Assembly (NCBI RefSeq): GCF_027921745.1
Contig: NC_079238.1
Location: 4,278,001 to 4,342,000, forward strand
Source of the DNA: Schizosaccharomyces osmophilus
Taxonomy: Eukaryota
DNA length: 64,000 bases
Direction: 5' to 3'
Made by a program: the position numbers and the translations under genes. Positions 1 to 9,945 of this stretch are shown piece after piece. The notes under the pieces were generated by a model. That model saw nothing but the letters and a program-made list of their open reading frames with translations, ran no database searches and was not told the origin of the DNA. The first letter of the stretch is position 1; each line of letters starts with the position of its first letter.

Positions 1-1026
1 AAAACGCTCAATGATGAAAAGTTAGGCATTCAAACTTCAGATGCCACACCGCCTCCATATTCAGGTAAGAAGTATTTAAGTAGGGAAGAAAATAGAAGTT
101 GATTAAGTACATGGTAAAAGCTGCCGCATGTTTACGGGACGAATCTTGTTTGTTTGTCTGTTTTGGGACTGATAATTTTGTCGATTGCTATAACATACAT
201 GGCCAGCGCCTTTATCCTTTTGTATACAACGAAAAGAATTGCTTCTAATAAATCCATTAGATTCATACAAATTCATTGATTTGGAGATGGCTGATGGATC
301 CGCTCAGACTTCCACTGAAGAATCCGCTAATAAATATAAGAGGGCTTTGGAGAATTTTGTAATCCTATCGTATATTCTGATTTTCGGCTTCTATTTGTCC
401 TTGGTTTGTTTTTATATACTATTCTTCGTCTACAAGTTTCCTGTGAAAGCGCAAGTCCATTGGGGGCTTTTTGGCGGTTCGATTACATCTGTGATGCTGC
501 TTCTAGCAGGTAAGACAGCGATGTCCATGTTTTGAACGACTGACTAACTATTAGATTCAATTGCAATAAATTCAATAAATTCAATAAAGTGTGAAGTATT
601 GATGGACAATGTGCTTGTCGCAGCATTCCATACAGTTGTTTTCGATGCCTTCTGTTTAGCCTCATCTTTTGGCCTGAAGAAGTACAAAGTGTTTGAAAAT
701 TTGAACCCTGCTGTTTGCTGGTTGATTTTTATCACAATAAGCACATTCTTATTTCTTGTTTTGACGAGTATGTTGTGTATGACTTAAAAATATTCTAACT
801 GTTCCAGCAAATCAAAAGGCACGCGAAAGCATGAATTCGAATTTAGTAAGCGGCATAAGCGGTTTAGGAAATGCTTTGTCTTGTACTTTTGGTATGTACT
901 CTTTGGAGATATTCCTCTCATAATATATTATTAACCTATTTAGAATCGTTCGATGTCCAAGATGAGAGACATTCGAACGAAGAGATCGAACTTCAACCTC
1001 TTGATGACCAAAGAACTGAATTTTGA
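1..1026 (+). CDS. wtf: wtf-family meiotic driver (poison/antidote) membrane protein, 5 exons, 5' end of exon 1 outside the window: <1-64, 261-509, 555-767, 808-891, 944-1026
   Basis: Four introns with canonical signals (GTAAGA 65..TAG 260; GTAAGA 510..TAG 554; GTATGT 768..CAG 807; GTATGT 892..TAG 943) give one open frame: KTLNDEKLGIQTSDATPPPYSDSYKFIDLEMADG...QPLDDQRTEF*. Exon 1 carries a PPxY motif. There is an in-frame ATG near the start of exon 2 (287), several hydrophobic TM-like segments, a GLGNA-type motif in exon 4 and a 5S rDNA about 1.1 kb downstream. All are hallmarks of wtf genes. Confidence 0.85.
129..158 (-). promoter_or_regulatory. Mei4 FLEX-like elements in wtf intron 1 (candidate poison-isoform promoter)
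   Basis: TGTTTAC at 129-135 is GTAAACA on the minus strand, and TTGTTTGTTTGTC lies at 146-158. Both are upstream of the exon-2 ATG at 287. Confidence 0.6.
564..588 (+). repeat. 9-bp tandem repeat (CAATAAATT) x~2.8 in wtf exon 3, encoding INS-INS-I
   Basis: caataaattcaataaattcaataaa is seen directly. Confidence 0.8.
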
Positions 1027-1040
1027 GATTTCATGTTTAT

Positions 1041-1917
1041 TTATTTCTGTAGTCTTGTCGAAACCGTGTTCACTTCTTCTTCGATTTTCGCGCCATCTTT
1101 GAAAACATCGATGCTAATTACAGTCCTCCAAGTTCCCAAGTAAATATTTATTCGCACATGAACAGAATTACATGCAACAAAGAGGAAAACGTTTTCATCC
1201 AGCATGTTTTTATTTATTTGTTTTTCTTTCACTCTTTCAGGAATCTTTTCATTCGTTTCATCTTAATTTATTACTATTAAATGAATTTCGTTGCTTCTAT
1301 TTTCATAGCGAATACTTCATCAGTGTTCATAGCGTTGTCCATACATTGACCAGAACATTTGATGAAGGTTGCAGAGATGTATATACTTGCAATTGATTCT
1401 AATCCTAATCTATGATCTGCAAAGATGTTACTAAGTCCAGGAATGCGGTAAACAAAATTGGTATATGAAGCATTAATTCATTTAGGAAGATCAATCGAGT
1501 TGTAAAGGCAAGGCTTTTCCTTCGAAACAGTATGAGAGTCGCATATGAACTACGAAAATTTTTCAATCGCGTGTCTCAGCGATGGGAAACGGCCCTTCAA
1601 CACGCATCATCGAAACATGAACTGGCGATGCAACATCAGCAACTAAATTTAGTTCTAGTGAACCTCTGCTTCACTTTCATGCATCTTTCGGCGTTCATTT
1701 CTGCTGGTCAAGGCTTTCCTTATATTAATTCCTTGTAACCTTTTCCCTTCAGGTAGCATGTTCCTTCACAAGTAGCAAAGATGTTCCTCTCAGTATGCAT
1801 TCTCTGTACATGCTGCATCTGGGCTTTTTTTGTCTCCTCAGAGAGTTTTTCTTGTTAAATTTCAATCAGATGTTTTCACATACCGAAAAAAACCAACGGC
1901 ATCTCCATACTTGCCAT
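1041..1917 (-). pseudogene. Decayed gene convergent with wtf, possibly a wtf-associated gene (wag) pseudogene
   Basis: The minus strand has aaaATG at 1917, an 11-codon exon and a GTATGT donor at 1883. These are followed by protein-like segments broken by stops and frameshifts (EKLSEETKKAQMQH..., ASYTNFVYRIPGLSNIFADHRLGLESIAS..., ORF 1041-1232). Its position between wtf and 5S rDNA fits wag loci, but the family assignment is inferred from position only. Confidence 0.4.
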
Positions 1918-2131
1918 TTTAAGGACCGAAGTTGGGACGTTCCTTTCCCAATTAGTGTACAGCAGGATTAAACACATCAGCAGATATGTTTCCCAAAAGA
2001 TTTGTAAGCAGTGCAAATGAACAAACTTGGCGGTAAAACAGTCAAAGAACCACCAAGTAGAAAACTAGTTTTAACGTTGATGAAAGGAGCAATCTATATA
2101 TACATATATATCTTGAAAGTAATAAGTAAAC

Positions 2132-2253
2132 TTCTATGGCCACACCTAGGCGAAAACACCAGTTCCTGTCCGATCACTGCAGTCGTGCGTTTGAGGAGGG
2201 CCTCGTTAGTACTATGGTTGGAGACAACATGGGAATCCGGAATGCTGTAGGCT
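2132..2253 (+). rRNA. 5S rRNA gene, degenerate copy (probable pseudogene)
   Basis: Matches fission-yeast 5S as recalled (..CCTAGGCGAAAACACCAGTTCC..GTTAGTACTATGGTTGGAGACAACATGGGAATCCGG..TGCTGTAGGCT). It carries about 10 substitutions, including AGTTAAGC>AGTCGTGC in box A, and a 3-nt GAG duplication (122 nt rather than 119). A T-run follows. Confidence 0.93.
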
Positions 2254-2475
2254 TCTTAGTTTTTTGGTTTTATTAATAGTTTAAATCATTTGCAAAATTA
2301 TCGTATCCGCTACAGCGAGTCCCGCCAGCCAGTTAAAACACAAATTTACTACTCCATCTGCTGTTCATACTATTTTTGTTTACTAACGTACTTATAGTGC
2401 ACTAGAACATGTCTCCGTATCCATAAACAAGGCAATGTACCGTACCACGTTCTAGAAATGTTTCACCGAAAAAAA

Positions 2476-2483
2476 CAGTCACA
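2476..2483 (+). promoter_or_regulatory. HomolD box of ribosomal-protein promoter
   Basis: Exact CAGTCACA, ending about 65 bp upstream of the rpl20 ATG. Confidence 0.85.
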
Positions 2484-2547
2484 ACGGCTGGGTAAGAAGT
2501 TTCAAACATGGCACCACGAAACTTGTCCATAGCCAGAGTTAGCAAGA

Positions 2548-3078
2548 ATGGCACTGAAGGAGTATCAAGTTGTTGGCCGCAAGGTTCCAACTGAACAGGA
2601 ACCTGTTCCCAAGTTGTTCCGCATGCGTTTGTTCGCCATTAATGAATCTGTTGCCAAGTCCCGTTACTGGTACTTTTTAAAGATGATTAACAAGGTCAAG
2701 AAGGCCACAGGTGAAATTGTTGCCATTAACCAAATTCACGAGCCCAAGCCCCTTCAGCCCAAGGTCTTCGGTATCTGGATCCGTTACGATTCTCGTTCCG
2801 GTACTCACAACATGTACAAGGAGTTCCGTGACACCTCCCGTGTCGGCGCCGTCGAGGCTATGTACCAAGATATGGCTGCTCGTCACCGTGCTCGTTTCCG
2901 CAGCATCCGTATTCTCAAGGTTGTTACTGTTGAGAACAAGGAAGAAGTTCGTCGTAGCTACGTCAAGCAACTCCTTGATCCTAAGTTGAAGTTCCCTCTC
3001 CCTCACCGTCGTACTGGTACTCTCGGCTTGGCTGGCAAGAAGGTTTTTGCTCCTCACCGCCCTACCACTTTTTACTAA
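2548..3078 (+). CDS. rpl2001: 60S ribosomal protein L20 (eL20)
   Basis: [43 protein letters not shown], with strong codon bias and a HomolD box upstream. Confidence 0.97.
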   Translation: MALKEYQVVGRKVPTEQEPVPKLFRMRLFAINESVAKSRYWYFLKMINKVKKATGEIVAINQIHEPKPLQPKVFGIWIRYDSRSGTHNMYKEFRDTSRVGAVEAMYQDMAARHRARFRSIRILKVVTVENKEEVRRSYVKQLLDPKLKFPLPHRRTGTLGLAGKKVFAPHRPTTFY

Positions 3079-3357
3079 GGTTTATGGTCTGTGTCGTTAG
3101 TAAAAAAAATTCTTCTCGATTCCCTTCTTGTCTAAAGGAATTGTGGCATTGTAGTTTTTTATGGTAGGAAACAAGAATGTTGTAATTTGGTTATCCAACT
3201 GTAGTGTTTGTAAATTTCACCTTGGAAGATAAAAGAAGTGTAGCAAGTACAGGCTTCAAGATTAAGGACTGTTGGTTATTTTACTGTTTTTGCGACATCA
3301 TACTGAAACGAAAATGCAAATGGAATGAAAGCATTTATTATACAAGAAACAAAGTCA

Positions 3358-4626
3358 TTAATCTTCATCGCTATCATATCCAGCAACCAGTGCTGGACTC
3401 TTTTGTTGCGAGGATTGGGATATTTTGCGAAGATCCTTCAAAACATCAGATTTAAGAAATTTGTTGGACGAAGCGGACGTTTGCTCTGTGGCATCAGCAC
3501 TAGCCTCGGAAACCTCTGTCTGCTGCACTGGCCCAGAGGATGCTTCTATAGATTTTTGGTTTCGGATAGAAGAAGATCCATCAGCATAAAGTAAATCATC
3601 AGAAGGCACATAACCCTTGAGCCCAAATTCTAATTCCAGTTTCCGCTTTTTTTGATTTCCTTTACCAGTTTTCGAATCTTGTAAATCCTCCAAAAATTCT
3701 TTGGGCAATAGTTTTTTCACGACATCTGCTGCACGTTCCTCTAAACGTCTCTGATTTCGTGCTTGAGATGCTGGGTTGGGATCTAACGTCGCCCATCGAC
3801 AGTTAAGGCACTCATCATTGTCAAGGGACTGATGAGCCATTGCTTCTTTTGCAAACTGGGCATTGGCTTCATTCACGTATGTGACGAAAGCGATTCCTCG
3901 AGAATTCAAAACACGTATGCGTTCGATGTCACCCCATTCAGCAAAATGCCGAGCTACAATTTCTTCAATATCATCTGTTGGCTGAATTCCACCAACGTAA
4001 AGAGTGTGATTTTGGCGTAAAAAGGAACCAACACCACCCATGTCATCCCGATAGTCGGCATGCTTTTCTCTTCCAAAGCAATCTACGTTGGCATTGAAAA
4101 AATCGGTTTCGTTGGGTAAACGATGCAAAAATTCACATTTTGATCTATATGCCGTTAGTTATTTTGCAATGTGAAGTAGCAACCTACCCTTCCGAACACA
4201 TTCCTCTAGCAAAATAAAGACAAAAATAAGACCCAGGAATTTTATCAGCCTTTGTGTAACCAGAATCGCTTTCAATGTTACATCTTGTATCAGATTTCAA
4301 TTGGCTTTTTAAAGGGTCTTCACGATTTCCACCACTCCATTTATTATACCAGCTGAAGATAGTTAGCAATTCAATCCTATCCACGAGTTCATCCGTCAAT
4401 TCACTTACATATTATACACTTGACCTTGTTGAGGAGCTTCCATTTCAAATTCTGGTCTCTCCTCTATTTGTTTACGTGCCGGTCGTTTCTTGCGTTTTAC
4501 GACTTTTTTTACTTTTTTGATGATTTTTCCAGATTCCTCAACTTTTTCAACAATTTCTTCTTTCACAACATCATCTTTGTTCGTTTCTTGTATGTTTTTT
4601 CCATAATTCTCCTCTGATTCTGCCAT
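3358..4626 (-). CDS. cwf2: Prp19-complex RNA-binding splicing factor Cwf2/Cwc2; exons 4626-4409, 4352-4188, 4144-3358 (389 aa; alternative upstream ATG at 4656)
   Basis: YNIWYNKWSGG, CCCH zinc finger (FCLYFARGMCSEG..C..LH) and RRM (TLYVGGI..RGIAFVTY). Introns 4408-4353 and 4187-4145 have canonical signals. Confidence 0.95.
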
Positions 4627-5144
4627 ACTCGATTTTGTGGTAGAAACTGAAACCATAGAACTCGCTTCTCGTTTCTACCACCTTACCTCCATTTGATATT
4701 GAGTTTTCTCGCGTTTTAAGCCGTTATAAAACGCTATTTGGAATAAGCCATGCGTACGATACATTTCATCCGTATCTCAACATGCGTTAAACAAACTTAA
4801 GCTTCGAGCTTCAGTGAGGTGTTTTGCTCGTCTTTGTTTATACACTGAAAACTCAGAAGTTCAAAAGAACAGTAGCCTTGCCTTTTGGAGTCACTTTTGG
4901 TTGTTGTTTTTTCTGTTTATATTCGAGGAATTGAAGTTTTGGTTTTTTTTTGTGGTGACCCTTCAAGCTTCTTCAGTTACGCTTCCTCGCATTTCTAGTG
5001 TAATCACCGTCCTTCATTTCATTCGGATCTCTTGTTATCCATTTCTATCTATATCCTTTAAAAGAAAAGGTATTCTCTAAAATTGCATTGATCACCGCTT
5101 ATTTGGGAGAAGAATAAAAAAAGAAAAGGAACTATCGACATTTC

Positions 5145-6005
5145 ATGACTATGATGATCCGTTCAAAGCTTTTAACTACACTAGGTGTTCGAAATACCTG
5201 TTGGAAAAACAATCTTCAGCGTTCTTTTCTCCGTCTTTACAGTGAAGAAGTTCAAGGAAGTCCTAAGAACGGGGTATACGAGAGATATCAAGAAAAGCTA
5301 AAGCAAAAGGCTAAACAAGAAGAAACGCCCCTGGAAAAACTTGTTCAGAATGCACGCAAAAGTTTCGCTCCGAAACAAGCGATTTCTGAATCTCAAGAAT
5401 TGGCGGAAAAATCAAATAAGAAACCACAAGTCAAAAAGGTAAAGAAATTTCCTGAATTAAGCGACTTTATAGACGTTAGCAAGTTTCAAAGTCTTCCAGC
5501 ATCGGTGATTGAAAAGTTATGGAGAGCTAGGAATCTTCAAGAGAACATTTTGAGTGGTTGCGTTGAAAAACAAACATATGAAAGGATGATTTCTCGTGCA
5601 AAGAAATATCCAATTTTTGTACTTCCTCTGCCCAGAGAAAACCAAGGCATGGAAACTCATTTGATTCAATGGGGATTCCCTGGAAATAACACAGCCCATC
5701 TGATAATTACTACTTTGTTAGAATATAAACTCAAGAATGCTTATGCTACGCCACATACTGTTCTCACTCACTTTTCAGATTTGCTCGAATCAAATGGCGT
5801 TGCTCTTATGCGGTGTCAATTTGAACAGGACAAAACATTAAGCTCTTCTGACGTTCAGTTATTATTACTTGCTATTCAGAAGTTTTATAACGCTTCACCA
5901 GATAGCGCTTTGGGCAAAGAACGACTTTCTTTGCTTGAAAATTTCGCAAATGGAAAAGACTTTGATCTTTACAAAGTAGCTGGACATATGGACATGCTTG
6001 AATAA
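5145..6005 (+). CDS. atp11: Mitochondrial F1-ATPase assembly chaperone Atp11
   Basis: Basic presequence-like N-terminus, YPIFVLPLPRE and TLLEYKL motifs, syntenic position. Confidence 0.92.
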   Translation: MTMMIRSKLLTTLGVRNTCWKNNLQRSFLRLYSEEVQGSPKNGVYERYQEKLKQKAKQEETPLEKLVQNARKSFAPKQAISESQELAEKSNKKPQVKKVKKFPELSDFIDVSKFQSLPASVIEKLWRARNLQENILSGCVEKQTYERMISRAKKYPIFVLPLPRENQGMETHLIQWGFPGNNTAHLIITTLLEYKLKNAYATPHTVLTHFSDLLESNGVALMRCQFEQDKTLSSSDVQLLLLAIQKFYNASPDSALGKERLSLLENFANGKDFDLYKVAGHMDMLE

Positions 6006-6196
6006 TTAAAATGATTTATGTTTACAATTTGTACATTGAGCAACAGAATTGTCGATATGTCTTCTTTACAAGAAACCCCTGTTCATTGAACCTCGAGCTA
6101 AGTAAGCTATAGGAACTAAAAATAATGAAACAATCAAACCGATACAAAAAAAAATTAACAATGAACTTTAACAGATCTATAAATGACTTCCACCGT

Positions 6197-7047
6197 CTAC
6201 ATAAAGTCATCAAAGTCATCTGCATAGTCATCGTATTCGTCTTCGACATAATCTTCGTAGACGGCCTCGTTAGCAACTCCTCTCTTAGAATTCGTGTTGA
6301 TTGCAGGCTTGGCCTTTTTATCCGCATTCGTTGCAGGAGCAGGAGCGGGAGCTTTCTTAGCAGGAGTAGCGGCTGCACCCCGCTTGGATTGAGCTTTTTC
6401 TTGCTGTTCCTTTTGAGTCACGACTTTGTTAACAGACTTTTGAATAGACTTGACACTAGAAGCTTTCAAACTCGTAAGCAAGAGAGGAATTAACTCTTGA
6501 GCAAAGTCATTGTACTCGGTGGAATACTGAGAGTGCTTAACTTTACGAAGAATTTCGGCCTGGAAGGCGGCAAAGTCAGCCTTGGTCTTCAATTCACGTT
6601 GTTGTTCAGCTTGTCTAGCACGGTTACCACTTGCGGTATTTTTATCAACAATGTCGAAGAGGTCCATGGCATTGGCCAAGTCTGAGTCGATTTCTGCTTG
6701 TCGCATTTCTTCTTTGGAAGACTTGGCTGCATCGTTAGATTTTGCCGCTTCCTCGCTAGCTTGAATAGCTTTTTCGATGTTGCGTTCTTGGATACGTTGT
6801 TGCACACGATCAGCTTTAGTGAGCTTTGGTTTGGTAGAGTCCGGGGACGAATTTTGGTTGTCGTTGGTTTGAGGTTGTTCTTCTTCTTCTTCTTCGTCTT
6901 CTTCATCGTCAAATTTCTTTTTGGGCTTCTGAGGTTTTCCTAATGGAAGTTCAACTTCGGCAGCCTTACCAGGCTCCTCAACCAAAAAATCCTCTAAATT
7001 TATGTCAATTTTTACTTTCTACGATTTTACATACCCCAGCTATCCAT
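6197..7047 (-). CDS. hcr1: Translation initiation factor eIF3j; exons 7047-7035, 6993-6197
   Basis: Spliced start MDSWEDF, SDLANAMDLF motif, C-terminal DDFDDFM; intron 7034-6994. Confidence 0.93.
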
Positions 7048-8205
7048 TATACAACGTATCTTCTCTAGTCCTAAACGTCTGCAATTTTTGGTGGTAAGGA
7101 AAGAAAAACGGGGTCACAAAACGCTAATGAACACAACTTTGTGAAAACTGCTTTTTTGGTAAGTTCAGAATGTTTTTATTCAATTTTTGGTTTAATCAAA
7201 TAAAATAAAATAAAAAGTAAATCAGTGATAGAAGAGATTGTATGTAAGAGAAGGAAGGATTTGCTTGCCAAATCTGTTGAGATTCTTGATTTTCTCGTCG
7301 AGTCTAGTCATATGAAAGGGAATGTACAAAATATTTGAATTTAAAAATGTACTTCTTGTCTAGCATCATTTTATTCTCATTTTTCACAAGCGACATCCTT
7401 ATTCAAGTAATTCGTTTCAAATCTTTTGTATAATATACGAGAAAATAGCTAAGCAGAAGAGAACCAGAATGGCTTGTGGTTTTAGTAATTGTATATAAAA
7501 AGCTTGCTGAACCCATGAAAGTTTTAGAGCTTGGAATAGTGCAATTGATTTCTGTGCCATTCTCTTACAACAAAGTCGATATTATTAAGTCTTACTTGTT
7601 GTATTGATCAAACAACGGCTAAAATGCACTCAGAAACGAGCGACTATGGAACTACATTGTTAATTTTTCATACTCATTTATTGTGTTTTATAATGTCATG
7701 TATTTTCAAAAGACTTAACTCAACAACCATAATGATCTAGAGGGAACAATAGAGAATTCAAATTCAATATGTCTGTTTAAATTAATTTTGTTTTCTGAAG
7801 TAGTTTTTTAGGAAATTCCTTTCTACCTATGTAAATACACAAATCAATCCAAAGCTGTTCAAATGATAAATTAGGTAATCACTTCATAAAAAATAGTCAA
7901 GTCAAACAAAAAGTACGAATGGGGAAAAGAGGATGATTGAAATATCCCTAATTTCAAGAAACTGAACGATTCCTATATATTTAATTGTTTATTTACATGT
8001 TTATTACAGTACGAATATCATTACACTAAAAATATTTACAAACTGGAACGATATTCAATAAAATGTGACATCACCCGCTTTGTTCTCTCAAGGGAAGCCC
8101 TAAGTGACAACCTTTCCTATTGGAAAATGAACGTAACCAGAGCAAAACAGTAAAGGCCGTACCAAAGGATAATAAACAAGAAATACTCCATAGAAATAAA
8201 TAGAA

Positions 8206-8764
8206 ATGGTACGAGTGCTTTGAAATGTTTGATTTATTGGATGGAGAGCTAACATATGGCTGAGCGGGAATCTTCAGAATCCACCTGAAGGTATCCTTTT
8301 CAGCAAACGTTTAGGCTACACGTAATCTTACAGATGAACAGATTGCCGAGTTTCGTGAAGCTTTCTCTTTGTTCGATCGAGATCAAGATGGTAATATCAC
8401 TTCAAACGAGTTGGGTGTCGTAATGCGATCCCTTGGTCAGTCACCCACAGCAGCTGAATTGCAAGATATGATCAATGAAGTAGATGCTGACGGAAACGGA
8501 ACCATCGATTTTACAGAGTTTTTGACTATGATGGCTCGTAAAATGAAGGACACTGATAATGAGGAGGAAGTGCGTGAAGCTTTCAAAGTATTCGACAAGG
8601 ACGGAAATGGATATATTACGGTTGAAGAGCTCACTCATGTATTGACTAGTCTTGGTGAGCGTCTTTCTCAAGAGGAGGTCAGCGATATGATTCATGAAGC
8701 CGATACAGATGGTGATGGTGTCATTAACTATGAAGAATTTTCTCGAGTTATATCTTCAAAGTAA
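8206..8764 (+). CDS. cam1: Calmodulin; exons 8206-8208 (ATG) and 8315-8764, 150 aa
   Basis: [27 protein letters not shown]..., four EF hands, intron GTACGA 8209..TAG 8314 directly after the ATG. Confidence 0.98.
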
Positions 8765-9945
8765 TTGTTATGATTTTTCCATAAACAATCACACACGATA
8801 AAAAATTTCATTCAATAACTGTGTCCTTTATTATCTTTTATTTCAATCGAGAGTGACCTCAAATTTCGCACATTCCCGATTCCTTTAAATTCCGTTTACT
8901 ATTATCATGTTGCTTTTACAGCTTGTGGAAAATATTGCCCTTCTTCATTTGTGAGAAAGAAGTGGATTAAAATGATGATTTCGCTCTTTCCTGTCCACTC
9001 TTAGGAATGATTTTTGTAATGAATAAAGCATTTTTTTCTGTCAGTCTGTTATATGAAGGTGAAAAGATGCGTCGAAAGCTTACTAAATCACTTTTAATAT
9101 TTTCTTGTTTTATCAAATTAATCTTTTGTCACGAATATTTTCTGAACTAAAGAACAAGCATCTTAAATAATCGTTTGCAAATAATGTCTTTATTTCTGTA
9201 ACAGCTTAGTTGGAATTGCTGAACAACAGGCGTTAATTTCGTCAAAGGTTTCTTATCAATTTGTATGCTGAATTATAGAAAGTTGGCTTACAGCTTACAA
9301 GGCGTTAGCTCGAACTCTTTGTTTCTGGATTTATGTAGCTTGGCCTCACCGACTTGTATAGAGCTTATGCACACAATCATGGATTTTAAAGAGTTTTATA
9401 ATAATTACAATTTAATCTTGTCCAAATTGCTTCTATAAATAGAAGGCTTTCTGTAACAAGTTTCAACTACAACCACTATATGCTAAGTACGAGACAATGT
9501 GATAAGTAATTTACTCATTTTGTGCGTCCATATTTTCTTCTTGTTTGTTAGAAAAAATGCAATTCTAGTTGGGAATCTTCATGTCTCCAAAACAGCAATT
9601 GCACAAAAGGGTGCCCAAGTTTCCTCAAAGAATATATACAAAATAAATTTATGAGTTATTAAATAGTAAAATTAATCTAACTCGCAACGGTTTCCGTGGC
9701 TCTAAAAATCTCACATTCATCCTTATCCCTACCATCTTCCAAGAACCGCTCCATTACTGGTAAAATTGAATCTTAAGAAAATTAGAAAGAGGACTTCCAA
9801 TCAAAGATACTATTTGAAATTGAACGTTTCTCTACATACAGTATACTGGAGGTTTTACAAGATTGGATCCATTGTATCCACCAAAACGTTCCTCATAGAA
9901 GCTTAACAAGGTGCGTTCGCTATTCAGGAATATTACCCAAATTAG

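Noticed and set aside
2635..2646. FAINE instead of FAPNE in Rpl20
   Set aside because: This position varies among fungal eL20 proteins as I recall, so it is not remarkable.
8278..8290. Possible micro-exon inside the cam1 intron (CAG 8277 ... GTATCC 8291)
   Set aside because: It would be 13 nt (frameshifting) and leave a 24-nt downstream intron, too short to splice. Both sites lie inside the predicted hairpin.
9100..9531. Possible small multi-exon gene on the minus strand between cam1 and vps53
   Set aside because: Donor-like motifs exist, but I could not build a stop-free spliced frame from the ATG with credible branch sites.
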